In this document: piece after piece, positions 40,443-49,993 of the stretch
Layout of the letters: each line of letters opens with the position of its first letter
Numbering within the stretch: position 1 is the first letter of the stretch
Translations under genes and position numbers: made by a program
NCBI GenBank assembly: GCA_965116925.1
Contig: OZ220744.1
Span: forward strand, 6,144,001 to 6,208,000
Length of the DNA: 64,000 nucleotides
Source: Candidatus Poribacteria bacterium
GTDB taxonomy: Bacteria; Poribacteria; WGA-4E; PCPOR2b
Direction: 5' to 3'
Notes under the pieces: generated by a model
What the model was told of the DNA's origin: nothing
Databases searched by the model: none
Seen by the model: the letters and a program-made list of their open reading frames with translations, nothing else

Positions 40443-41360
40443 ATGGAGATAAAAATGTCTACCAATAAGTCTATTAAGAATCCCAATGTTGCAACTTTGG
40501 GAGCAGTCAAATTGAGTTGTTGTGCGGGGCTTGCCTCCTTCGTTCCGCAAACGGTAGATGCCAGACAATTAGACACGGGTGCAGCTTACAAAGCAAAACT
40601 GGAGAAAGCACCAGCGACCCTTAAAACCTTATCGGATGCTAAGTGTGATTTCTTTGAATTCGGCGTGGGAATGCTCTGCCCTGAATCTCCCAGATCCCTT
40701 TTCGAGGAATTCAAGGATATAGTCTCAGATTATTCTTTGCAAGCAGAGTGTTTTAATAGTTTTATTCCTGCCGATCTAAAAGTGACTGGACCAGATGTCG
40801 ATAAGACTCGATTGGACAACTACTTGGCTGCTGCGACTGAACGCGCGGCTGAACTTAGCGGTGAGATTATTGTGTTCGGGAGCGGTGACGCACGGCATGT
40901 GCCGGAGAATTTCTCGCGCACACGCGCACACGATCAGATCCTTGAGTTCTTGGAGGCTGCCGCGAATTATGCGGGGAGACATGGGCTTGTCATTGCTATA
41001 GAACCCCTCAACCGTGCAGAGACAAACGTGATTAACAGCATCGCCGAGGCAGTACAGTTTGCCGATGAACTTGGGCGGCCGGAAGTCCAGGTGCTCGTTG
41101 ACTTTTACCACCAGATGCTTGAGGACGAAGCGTTTGACGAAATCGTCCGTGCCGGAGAGCGGATTGTGCATGTACATGTCGCAGACACCGATCGGCTCTA
41201 TCCGGGCAGCGGCAGATACGATTATGGACGTTTTGCCAGAAGCCTTGCTGATGTTGGATACAACAAACGGGTCTCTGTGGAGTGCAATTTTAGGGATTTC
41301 GATAAAGAAGTGCCTCAATCGATTCGGTTTCTGCACGAGGTATTCAACGCAGCGCAGTGA
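40443..41360 (+). CDS. Sugar phosphate isomerase/epimerase (xylose-isomerase-like TIM barrel); true start uncertain
   Basis: IVFGSG, IAIEPLNRAE, LVDFYH, HVHVAD, PGSG, SVEC. Confidence 0.85.
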   Translation: MEIKMSTNKSIKNPNVATLGAVKLSCCAGLASFVPQTVDARQLDTGAAYKAKLEKAPATLKTLSDAKCDFFEFGVGMLCPESPRSLFEEFKDIVSDYSLQAECFNSFIPADLKVTGPDVDKTRLDNYLAAATERAAELSGEIIVFGSGDARHVPENFSRTRAHDQILEFLEAAANYAGRHGLVIAIEPLNRAETNVINSIAEAVQFADELGRPEVQVLVDFYHQMLEDEAFDEIVRAGERIVHVHVADTDRLYPGSGRYDYGRFARSLADVGYNKRVSVECNFRDFDKEVPQSIRFLHEVFNAAQ

Positions 41361-41421
41361 AATTCAGATGTAATGAAGGTTTGAACTCACGCTTGAGCCT
41401 TGATACAACGGGATATTTTAC

Positions 41422-41450
41422 TTGACACCATTATACTCCAATGCTATAAT
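41422..41450 (+). promoter_or_regulatory. Consensus sigma70 promoter of the Pup-proteasome operon
   Basis: TTGACA (41422-41427), 17 bp, TATAAT (41445-41450) with extended TG. Confidence 0.8.
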
Positions 41451-41665
41451 CTAACGCATTCTTGAGCAGTATGGTGACGTCCGGGAGTGAGATTGTAATA
41501 GAAGTTGATAGACTCAATATCCGGAGGAATTATCGGTTACAAATTCAAATCTTAGAGGCAAAATCCTTTGGGAGATAATAAGACGAGATGGTGCGCTATT
41601 TCCCACCAGTATAGTGATAGCCTCCATCCCGTAATTCTAAAGATAAATACCGAGGTAAGGTTACT

Positions 41666-43489
41666 ATGGCTACGATCAAGAATCCATCCGAACAGAAAGA
41701 TTCGAGAAATCCCCTTGACGAGATGCAGGATCAGACAAATCTATCCGCTCCGTCCTCAGAGCGGATTTCTGCCGAAAGAAAGATTCGTGAGCTAACATTC
41801 ACTATCGAGTCGCTGGAAAGCGAAATTGACGATTTGAGAAGACGCTTAAACGCTGCGCCTTCCGACGATGTTGAAGTTCGCCTCTACGAAATGACCCGCG
41901 ACCTAATGCACGCCCACCGCAGAAATCGGAAGCTGACCAGCACCCTTCAAGAAGCGAAAGAGAAGCTGGAGCAGTTGAAGGAGAAGGTCGAACAACTCAG
42001 TGCCCCCCCCAACAACTACGGCGTTTACCTTCAATCAAACGATGACGGAACACTTGACATTGACCTTGGCGGCAAACGATGGCGCGTCAATGCGGATCCA
42101 GAAATTAACACGGATCAGCTCCAAAAAGGTCAAGAGGTCATCGTTAACGGCGTGATGAATGTTGTGAGTGTAAGGGAATTCGAGCGGCAAGGTGAAGTGG
42201 TTAAGGTTAAGGAGATGCTTGACGATAACCGTGTGCTTGTGAATCTACGCGCCGATGAAGAGCGGGTTGTGGAAATATCGGATCCGCTCAACAAGGAGGA
42301 AGAGCTTAAGTTTGGGGATAATGTTATGCTGAACCCAGTCACTGGGATGGTTATGGAGAAACTACCCAAGCTTGAAGTTGAAGACCTGCTGCTCGAAGAG
42401 GTGCCAGACATCAGATACTCGGATATTGGTGGATTGAATGAACAGATTGAGGCCATTCGAGATGCTATTGAAACGCCTTACCTCTACCCCGATGAATACA
42501 AGGAATTCCAGTTAAAGCCGCCGAAAGGTGTGCTGCTCTACGGTCCCCCCGGCTGCGGAAAAACGTTAATTGCCAAGGCAGTCGCCAACAGTCTAGCTGC
42601 TAGGGTCAGAGAACAGACAGGTAGAGATGATGTTGAAAGTTATTTTATCAATATCAAAGGTCCAGAGCTACTCAATAAGTATGTTGGTGAAACGGAGCGA
42701 AAGATTCGAGAAGTATTCCAGAAAGCCAAGGACAAATCCAAAGAAGGCGTTCCTGTCATCATCTTCTTTGATGAGATGGACTCGCTTTTCCGATCCAGAG
42801 GCATGGGGATTTCGTCTGATATGGAGTCAACAGTGGTGCCCCAATTCCTTGCTGAGATCGATGGTGTCGAAGGACTCAGAGATGTGGTTGTCATTGGTGC
42901 AAGCAACCGCCAAGATCTCCTAGACCCCGCTGTTTTACGACCCGGGCGGTTAGATATCAAGATCAAGGTCGATCGCCCCGAAGCTGAGGGCGCCAAGGAT
43001 ATTTTCGCCATATACCTGACACCTGACCTACCGATTGCTCCGTCAGTGTTGGAAAAATTCGAGGATAATCGAGAGAAAGCAGCTCAAGCTCTCGCAGAGC
43101 AAGCGATTGAAAGGATGTATGCGACCACCGATGAAAACAAATTCATCGAGGTGACTTACAACCGTGGCGAGCGTGAGACGCTCTACTTCAAGGATTTTGC
43201 AAGCGGTGCAATGATTGAAAATATCGTTGATCGTGCCAAGAAGATGGCAATCAAAAGGTTGATCGATTCTGAAGGGAAAGAGAAGGGCATTACCCTTGAT
43301 GACCTCGAAATGGCAATCCAAGAAGAATATAAAGAGAATGAGGATCTGCCCAACACCACCAATCCCGACGATTGGGCGAAGATATCGGGACGAAAAGGTG
43401 ATCGAATCGTCAACATTAAGGCGTTGACCCACGAGCCAGAGCCGAAAAGACGGGATGTGAGAACCGTCAAAGGTGGTGCTTACCTCTAA
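41666..43489 (+). CDS. arc: Proteasome-associated AAA ATPase ARC/Mpa
   Basis: N-terminal coiled coil, PPNNYG, OB domains, GPPGCGKT, KGPELLNKYVGETER, FFDEMD, DLPNTTNPDDWAKISG, C-terminal GAYL (HbYX). Confidence 0.95.
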   Translation: MATIKNPSEQKDSRNPLDEMQDQTNLSAPSSERISAERKIRELTFTIESLESEIDDLRRRLNAAPSDDVEVRLYEMTRDLMHAHRRNRKLTSTLQEAKEKLEQLKEKVEQLSAPPNNYGVYLQSNDDGTLDIDLGGKRWRVNADPEINTDQLQKGQEVIVNGVMNVVSVREFERQGEVVKVKEMLDDNRVLVNLRADEERVVEISDPLNKEEELKFGDNVMLNPVTGMVMEKLPKLEVEDLLLEEVPDIRYSDIGGLNEQIEAIRDAIETPYLYPDEYKEFQLKPPKGVLLYGPPGCGKTLIAKAVANSLAARVREQTGRDDVESYFINIKGPELLNKYVGETERKIREVFQKAKDKSKEGVPVIIFFDEMDSLFRSRGMGISSDMESTVVPQFLAEIDGVEGLRDVVVIGASNRQDLLDPAVLRPGRLDIKIKVDRPEAEGAKDIFAIYLTPDLPIAPSVLEKFEDNREKAAQALAEQAIERMYATTDENKFIEVTYNRGERETLYFKDFASGAMIENIVDRAKKMAIKRLIDSEGKEKGITLDDLEMAIQEEYKENEDLPNTTNPDDWAKISGRKGDRIVNIKALTHEPEPKRRDVRTVKGGAYL

Positions 43490-43497
43490 GGCGGATT

Positions 43498-44988
43498 ATG
43501 ACCGTACCAACGATTATGGGGACCGAAACCGAATACGGCATTTCGGTCAAAAATGCGCGAGATCCGGATCCGGTTGCGGCATCAACGCTTGTCGTTAATA
43601 TCTATAAAGACCGTGGGATCAAGGGAATCACTTGGGATTATGATCAGGAAAGCCCACTGATGGACGCTAGGGGGTTTGTCACTGAAGGGGAAACTGACAT
43701 CCCGGATCAGGAGAACAATAGTCTCATCAATGATGTCCTCGCCAATGGTGGACGGTATTATGTCGATCACGCACATCCAGAGTATTGTACCCCAGAATGT
43801 ACCAACGCGCGCGATCTAGTCAAATATGAGAAGGCAGGGGAGCTGATATTAGATTTGAGTCGTCTGGCTGCCCAAGAGCTGTTGCCTGCGAATCAAGAGA
43901 TTATTATCTATAAGAACAACAGCGATTATAAAGGTCACAGCTACGGTGCCCACGAAAATTATCTAATGTCTCGGAATGTTCCCTTCCAAGATATCGTTGA
44001 CGGATTAACGCCTTTTCTCGTGACACGGCAGCCCATCACAGGGAGTGGTAAGGTTGGCGCAGAAAATGGCGCAGCGGAAACGGATTATCAAATCTCGCAG
44101 CGTGCAGATTTTTTTGAGACTGAAGTTGGATTGAGCACGATGGTGGCGCGTCCGATTATCAATACGCGGGACGAGCCGCATGCTGATGAGATGATATACC
44201 GCCGGTTGCACGTGATCGTTGGCGATTCCAACATGTCTGAATTTTCCATCTATCTGAAGGTGGGAATTACGGCGGTGGTGCTGCAGCTCATCGAACAGGG
44301 CGTTGTCGGGGATCAGTTCAGGCTCTCTGACCCTGTTTTGGCGATCAAGACGGTATCACGCGATCTTTCTTGTAAAGAACCTTTGGTTTTAGAGGATGGT
44401 CGGAAATGGACGCCCATCGAGATTCAGCGCGAATATCTGGAGTTAGCTCACAAACATATCCCCACGGCGGATCTGTCCGAGGTAGTACGCGACGTGATGA
44501 AGACTTGGGAATTTGTTCTCGACCGCCTCGAAGAAGATCCGATGAGCCTAGATCGACACCTCGATTGGGTGATTAAGAAACGGCTGATTGATGCGTACTT
44601 GCGACGCCACAATTTAGACCATTCAGACCATCAAGCCCGGATGTTAGACCTGCAATATCACGACATCCGCCCCAATAAAGGGCTTTACGCAAGGTTGTTG
44701 AAAAATGGACGTGTTGAACGGCTCCTCAAACATGAGGAGATCGTTCAAGCGATTAACAATCCACCTGTTGATACACGTGCCTATTTTCGTGGTATGTGTT
44801 TACAAAAATATCCCAACCAGATTCACAGCGCAAGCTGGAATTCAATGATTTTTTGTACTGACAATTCTTCTTTAGATAAAATCTTAATGGATCGTCCGCA
44901 TTTTGGGACACAGGAGATGACAGGCGATCTGTTGAGAGACTGCACGGCTGCAGAACTAGTTCAAGCCATTCTCACATCCAACCATTAG
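43498..44988 (+). CDS. dop: Depupylase/deamidase Dop
   Basis: IMGTETEYGI, WDYDQESP, NGGRYYVDHAHPEY, SYGAHENYL, RPIINTRDEPH, RRLHVIVGD. Confidence 0.93.
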   Translation: MTVPTIMGTETEYGISVKNARDPDPVAASTLVVNIYKDRGIKGITWDYDQESPLMDARGFVTEGETDIPDQENNSLINDVLANGGRYYVDHAHPEYCTPECTNARDLVKYEKAGELILDLSRLAAQELLPANQEIIIYKNNSDYKGHSYGAHENYLMSRNVPFQDIVDGLTPFLVTRQPITGSGKVGAENGAAETDYQISQRADFFETEVGLSTMVARPIINTRDEPHADEMIYRRLHVIVGDSNMSEFSIYLKVGITAVVLQLIEQGVVGDQFRLSDPVLAIKTVSRDLSCKEPLVLEDGRKWTPIEIQREYLELAHKHIPTADLSEVVRDVMKTWEFVLDRLEEDPMSLDRHLDWVIKKRLIDAYLRRHNLDHSDHQARMLDLQYHDIRPNKGLYARLLKNGRVERLLKHEEIVQAINNPPVDTRAYFRGMCLQKYPNQIHSASWNSMIFCTDNSSLDKILMDRPHFGTQEMTGDLLRDCTAAELVQAILTSNH

Positions 44989-45003
44989 AAGGAGGGAAGT
45001 AAC

Positions 45004-45201
45004 ATGCCAGCCGAAAAGCAACAGGAACAAAGAGACAAACGGACTCAGGATACTGAGGAAGTTCAACCGGATCAAGAGGTCGTAGAGCAAGGCGAAGAGA
45101 TTAAAGAGGATCTCGATCAAATCCTTGATGAAATCGACGAAATCTTGGAAGAAGACTCAGAAGAATTTGTCGAGAATTATATTCAGCGAGGAGGAGAGTA
45201 G
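45004..45201 (+). CDS. pup: Prokaryotic ubiquitin-like protein Pup (GGE type)
   Basis: 65 aa, acidic; LDQILDEIDEILEE..EEFVENYIQRGGE; lies between dop and prcB. Confidence 0.92.
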   Translation: MPAEKQQEQRDKRTQDTEEVQPDQEVVEQGEEIKEDLDQILDEIDEILEEDSEEFVENYIQRGGE

Positions 45202-46055
45202 TGCTCTTTAGCGGTTCCGATCATAGAACCTCCGATTTCCTTGAGATCCTGCAAAAGGAACGCCCGGAGCTTCTATCAAAATCTGGTACAGGGGCGTTCG
45301 GTACAACACCCCTGCCGGACTCACCCGCTGCAAACTGGAAAGGACAGCGTGTACCAACTTCCAGTGTGATGGATCTTTACGATAGCCTGCTTGAAGGCAC
45401 AACTATATTAGCCGCTGTTTATAACGAGGGGGTTATCATCGCCGGTGACCGTCAGGCAACGGCGGGATTTCAAGTGGGGGAACGGCGTATCCGAAAAGTC
45501 TATGAAGTGGATACCTATTCAGCTATCGCTATTGCAGGGGTCGCCGGACCGGCGATGGAAATGGCGAAGCTTTTCCAGGTTCAGGTAGAGTTCTATGAAA
45601 AGATAGAAGGCTCGCCGTTAAGCCTAGATGGCAAAGCCAATTCGCTGTCAAACATGGTCAAATCCAATTTGCCTATGGCGTTGCAGGGATTGGTGGTCGT
45701 TCCGATTTTCGCGGGGTATGACCTGAAACGAAAACAAGGAAAGATCTTCAAATACGACGCGATAGGGGGGCAATACGAAGAAAGTGAATACTATGCTACT
45801 GGGTCCGGCGGTAAGGATGCGCAAGCAACGTTGAAAAAGCTGTATAGCCCCGATATGCCCTGTGAGGGTGCCCTGAAGATAGTTGCGGAGGCACTCTGGG
45901 ACGCCGCCGATGAAGATGTGGCTACAGGAGGACCCGATTTTATCCGGGAGATTTTCCCGACAATTAAGGTTATTGATTCGACAGGAATCTCAGATATACC
46001 CGATTCAGAGGTTAAGGAACTCTATACGGAGCTACTTGACAAACTCCGCAATTGA
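45201..46055 (+). CDS. prcB: 20S proteasome beta subunit with propeptide
   Basis: EG|TTILA autocleavage site (Thr1), AGDRQAT, SLDGKAN, GSGG, AADEDVATGG. Confidence 0.95.
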   Translation: MLFSGSDHRTSDFLEILQKERPELLSKSGTGAFGTTPLPDSPAANWKGQRVPTSSVMDLYDSLLEGTTILAAVYNEGVIIAGDRQATAGFQVGERRIRKVYEVDTYSAIAIAGVAGPAMEMAKLFQVQVEFYEKIEGSPLSLDGKANSLSNMVKSNLPMALQGLVVVPIFAGYDLKRKQGKIFKYDAIGGQYEESEYYATGSGGKDAQATLKKLYSPDMPCEGALKIVAEALWDAADEDVATGGPDFIREIFPTIKVIDSTGISDIPDSEVKELYTELLDKLRN

Positions 46056-46190
46056 AAATTGGCAATCAGTCCGTCACAAGAGTGCCCGTTGGATTGGCAA
46101 AACCAACAAAAGAATCGGGGTATGTCTATTGTTACCAAACCGCTTTGAAGACTACTGATAATTGATACCTGCAATTTGAGGGAGGAGTAG

Positions 46191-46901
46191 ATGCCCGCAC
46201 CGTATTACGTGTCGCCTGAGCAAATCATGCAGGAAAAAGAGGATTTTGCTCGGAAGGGGATCGAGAAGGCAAAAGAGGTTATTGTTCTGGAATACCGCAA
46301 TGGTATTCTGATGGTTGCAGAAAATCCGTTGGCGACGGTTTTCAAGATTTCAGAAATCTATGATCGGATCGCATTGGCAGCGACTGGACTCTATCCGGAC
46401 TACGAAGCACTACGATATGCCGGGATTCAGGGTGCCGAAATCAAAGGGTTTACCTTCAACCGTGAAGATGTTACGGCGAGATGGCTCGCAAATCAGTACT
46501 CGCAGCAGATTGGTGCAATATATCGACAACCGGATATGAAGCCGCTTGAAGTCGAAATTCTCCTGTGCGAGATCCGCGAAGATGCTTCGTCGAACAACAG
46601 AATCTATCATCTATCTTTTGATGGTACATTTTGGGAAGACAATCAGTTTACCGTCATCGGCGGGAGGGCAGACGAAATCGCTGGCATCCTCGAAGATGAG
46701 TATAGCGACGATTTGGATTTGAACGGTGCTATAAGACTCGCGGCAAGGACCTTTGAAAGGATCGAAGCAGAGGTCGACGAAGCAGATCGATACCAAGTGA
46801 CGGCTGAGACAATAGAAGCAGCCGTACTCGACGAAAATCGAAATCGGCGCAAATTTAGACGTTTGCTTCCCGATGAACTAAGTGAGATTTTGAGCGCATG
46901 A
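46191..46901 (+). CDS. prcA: 20S proteasome alpha subunit
   Basis: PYYVSPEQIM, ARKGI, KISEIYDRI, KPLEVEI, EAAVLD. Confidence 0.95.
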   Translation: MPAPYYVSPEQIMQEKEDFARKGIEKAKEVIVLEYRNGILMVAENPLATVFKISEIYDRIALAATGLYPDYEALRYAGIQGAEIKGFTFNREDVTARWLANQYSQQIGAIYRQPDMKPLEVEILLCEIREDASSNNRIYHLSFDGTFWEDNQFTVIGGRADEIAGILEDEYSDDLDLNGAIRLAARTFERIEAEVDEADRYQVTAETIEAAVLDENRNRRKFRRLLPDELSEILSA

Positions 46902-48256
46902 ATCGACGCATTTACGGTCTAGAAAACGAATATGGGATCATCTGCACGTCGGATCGGCGCGGTGGAAAAGCGTTATCAATCCAAAATGCAGTAATGTATC
47001 TCTTCCGTGAGATTATTTCTGGACGAATGTATCCAGACGTTTTTTTGGAGAACGGTGCTCGGTTCTATCAGGACATCGGTTGTCATCCCGAATATGCGAC
47101 GCCTGAGTGTGATAACGTGAGCGACCTCGTCAGCCACGATAAAGCCGGTGAACGGATTATCGAGCGGCTTTCTGTCGCGGCAGAGCGGAAAATGCAAGCC
47201 GATGGATTTCTTGGGCGGATTTCGGTTTTCAAGAATAATACCGATACGCCCGGCAATACTTATGGCTGCCATGAAAACTACCTGATGGATCGCCGCGTGA
47301 GTTTTCGCCAACTCGCTTCGCAACTCATTCCCTTCTTTGTAACGCGCCAAGTCTTTGCCGGGGCGGGGAAGGTCAAATCTACCAACCGTGGTGGATACGC
47401 CATCTCCCAACGGGCACAACATATCCGTGAAGAAATCTCAATTGCAACGACAACCGCGCGGGGCATCATCAACACGCGCGATGAGCCGCATGCGGACCGA
47501 GAAAAATATCGGCGGCTGCACGTAATCGTCGGCGACTCCAATATGTCGGAGTTTGCTACCTACCTCAAGATCGGCACGACGGCAATCGTCTTGCGGATGA
47601 TTGAAGATAACTTTATCAAGCAGCGCCTTGCGTTACGCGATTCCGTCCGAGCGATTCAGCAGATCTCCGAAGATATCACCTGTACCCGGAAAATCGAATT
47701 AGAAAATGGCAAGCGGCTCTCTGGTGTCGAGATGCAGTGGGAATACCTTGAATGCGCCAAGCAGTATTTCGAGCAGGCAGAATCAGATCCAATCACCGAT
47801 CAGATCATGGCGCGGTGGGAATACGTGCTGACCTGTTTGGAGACCGATCCAATGCAGCTCGACCGAGAGCTTGATTGGGTCATCAAGAAGAAGTTGATTG
47901 AGACCTATGTGGAAAGTCGCCAACTCAAGTGGAACTCTGCTAAGGTTATGATGCTTGATCTACAGTACCACAATATTCGACCCGAATTCGGATTGTATTA
48001 CAAACTCGAAAAGGATGGACGCGTTGAACGAATTGTCAGCGATGATGAGGTTGAGCAGGCAATGCATCATCCACCGGAAACCACCCGAGCGAAGTTCCGT
48101 GGTCGTTTTGTAAAGCTGGCAAACGAGCGAAAGATTCTGTGCGGTGTTAATTGGAGCTATATCCAACTGTACGAACCCTACCAAAAACTCTTCCTTTCCA
48201 CGGACCCCCTGCAAGCCGAATATGAAGAAGCCAGCCGGATGATCTATTCGATTTAG
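46898..48256 (+). CDS. pafA: Pup-protein ligase
   Basis: RRIYGLENEYG, FLENGARFYQD.G.HPEYATPEC, YGCHENYL, RGIINTRDEPHAD, LDLQYH, PPETTRA. Confidence 0.95.
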   Translation: MNRRIYGLENEYGIICTSDRRGGKALSIQNAVMYLFREIISGRMYPDVFLENGARFYQDIGCHPEYATPECDNVSDLVSHDKAGERIIERLSVAAERKMQADGFLGRISVFKNNTDTPGNTYGCHENYLMDRRVSFRQLASQLIPFFVTRQVFAGAGKVKSTNRGGYAISQRAQHIREEISIATTTARGIINTRDEPHADREKYRRLHVIVGDSNMSEFATYLKIGTTAIVLRMIEDNFIKQRLALRDSVRAIQQISEDITCTRKIELENGKRLSGVEMQWEYLECAKQYFEQAESDPITDQIMARWEYVLTCLETDPMQLDRELDWVIKKKLIETYVESRQLKWNSAKVMMLDLQYHNIRPEFGLYYKLEKDGRVERIVSDDEVEQAMHHPPETTRAKFRGRFVKLANERKILCGVNWSYIQLYEPYQKLFLSTDPLQAEYEEASRMIYSI

Positions 48257-48404
48257 TGCCTGTTTGAAAAATCCTAATCAATCTCTGAAAGTTGTCATGT
48301 TACGGGCAAATGCCCCCGAGATCGCTTGATTTTGTCCCTAGATTGGCAAAAGATGACCGTTTCACCTACTTTCAAAATAATCTCTTACTATGGAGGATTT
48401 AACA

Positions 48405-48977
48405 GTGAAAAAACGTTTAGTCGCTTTTCGCACGAAAGCTACATTGCTCCTGTTGTTAGTCTGTGTTTCTATTGTTTTGGTGAGTTGTGATATAATACAG
48501 GAGGCCTTAATCCCTGCGATGCCATCGCAACAGGCAATTGCGATTCTCGGTTCGGCGAGCGGAAGTAACCTGACCGGAACAGCGGTTTTTACACAGAACG
48601 ATGATACAATCACGCTCATTGTCGAGATCCAAAACGTATCTCCGGGGCTTCACGCCGTGCATATTCATGAGAAAGGCGATTGCAGCTCGCCCGATGGCAC
48701 ATCCGCTGGCGGCCATTGGAATCCCACCAACGTTGCTCACGGAAAATGGGGAGAAGGTGAATTCCACCTTGGGGACATCGGCAATATAACCGTCGGTGAA
48801 GATGGTACAGGCACAATTGAGTTGACGACAAACCTCTGGGAAATGGGCACCGGTTCCACTCTAGATATTGTTGGAACAGGCATTATTGTCCATGCAGGAG
48901 CCGATGATTTTACCTCACAACCGTCAGGTGCTGCCGGTGCACGAATCGGTTGCGGGGCGATTCAGTTGGCAAACTAG
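48405..48977 (+). CDS. sodC: Cu/Zn superoxide dismutase, lipoprotein
   Basis: Lipobox LVSC; GLHAVHIHEKGDC, SAGGHWNP, HLGDIGNI, IVHAGADD, GARIGCG. Confidence 0.93.
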   Translation: MKKRLVAFRTKATLLLLLVCVSIVLVSCDIIQEALIPAMPSQQAIAILGSASGSNLTGTAVFTQNDDTITLIVEIQNVSPGLHAVHIHEKGDCSSPDGTSAGGHWNPTNVAHGKWGEGEFHLGDIGNITVGEDGTGTIELTTNLWEMGTGSTLDIVGTGIIVHAGADDFTSQPSGAAGARIGCGAIQLAN

Positions 48978-49190
48978 TGCTCTGTCAGGCAAATTATGAT
49001 TGTCTATATGGATTGAGACTCATAGTACTTCGTAGGGGTCGGGTCACCCGACCCCCGCACTGGCAAATAAGGGCGGGGAGACCCCGCCCCTACAATTTAT
49101 TTTCGTGCTTTGCACTTTCTACATGAGCCCTGATTGAAAGCAAACGATAACATATATAATAATTCCAAAAATTATCTGACTGAGTACTAG
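48974..49190. mobile_element. 217-bp CTAG-bounded MITE (family D) containing a nested family-A element and a REP doublet
   Basis: Ends CTAGTGCTCTGTCAG / CTGACTGAGTACTAG (13/15 inverted match); near-identical copy at 58238-58454. Confidence 0.85.
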
Positions 49191-49338
49191 TCCTGACGAT
49201 TACACTTTTGAATAGGGACAGGTTTCGGCGCATCTGCACCGGGAGGCCTCAATAGCCAAGGATTTTTCCAAAAACGCTTCCTTTCCACACCACTTTTAAC
49301 TAGTGGAACGTGGAGTAACCAACTGGAGGAAATGATTG

Positions 49339-49749
49339 ATGCATAGAATAAGCATAGGAATGGTGTTGCTACTCGTCGCCGGACTAATGTTTTGGTTCTT
49401 TGGATGTGGAAGTGCTATTAAGGAACTCGGTTTGGTATTTGATAATCCTGCGGCTGCTGGCAGACCGAGTCCCTCTTTTAGTACTGATATTGCCCCTATC
49501 CTTGTCGAGCGATGCGCTATCGCGGAATGCCATGTCGTTGATGGACCGCACGACATTGATCTCCGCACGTATGATACCCTCATGAAGGGTGGAGATGAAG
49601 GTGCTATCGTTATTACAGGCAATGCGAGGGAGAGCGAAATAGTCGAAGAGATTGCCGAGGGCAAGATGCCCCCTGAAGGACCGCCTCTAGAAGCAGCCCA
49701 AATCCAACTCATCATTGACTGGATCAACGAGGGTGCTAAGAACAACTAA
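49339..49749 (+). CDS. Planctomycete-type cytochrome c domain lipoprotein (CX4CH)
   Basis: Lipobox FGC; SFSTDIAPILVERCAIAECH; KMPP; IIDWINEGA. Confidence 0.75.
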   Translation: MHRISIGMVLLLVAGLMFWFFGCGSAIKELGLVFDNPAAAGRPSPSFSTDIAPILVERCAIAECHVVDGPHDIDLRTYDTLMKGGDEGAIVITGNARESEIVEEIAEGKMPPEGPPLEAAQIQLIIDWINEGAKNN

Positions 49750-49756
49750 TCCTTAT

Positions 49757-49930
49757 TATAGTGAATTCTAAAAATTAAGTAGACATTTACCAATAACTCC
49801 GATCTTCGCGAAGTTCCCAAAGTCCCCTTGAGTTTCAAAAGTCCCCCTGACAAGGGGGATTTAGGGGGTTGGGGATTTAAGGGGTTGGTTGTGCATTGGA
49901 AGTGTCTAAATAATTCTAAAATCTGCTATA
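49757..49930. mobile_element. MITE family B with a CCCCCT...AGGGGG hairpin cargo
   Basis: Termini and subterminal regions match the 5263 copy; the centre differs. Confidence 0.7.
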
Positions 49931-49993
49931 AAATGCTTTCTATCCACACTTCCCTTGCGAGCGGAATGTGAAGAAGCAAACGGGAGGGAGTAA

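Noticed and set aside
39155..40510. IStron (group I intron plus TnpB)
   Set aside because: Only about 90 nt precede tnpB, too short for a group I intron core.
45004..45201. UBact instead of Pup
   Set aside because: The LDEIDEILEE helix and YIQRGGE ending match Pup; the R[T/S]G[E/Q] ending of UBact is absent.
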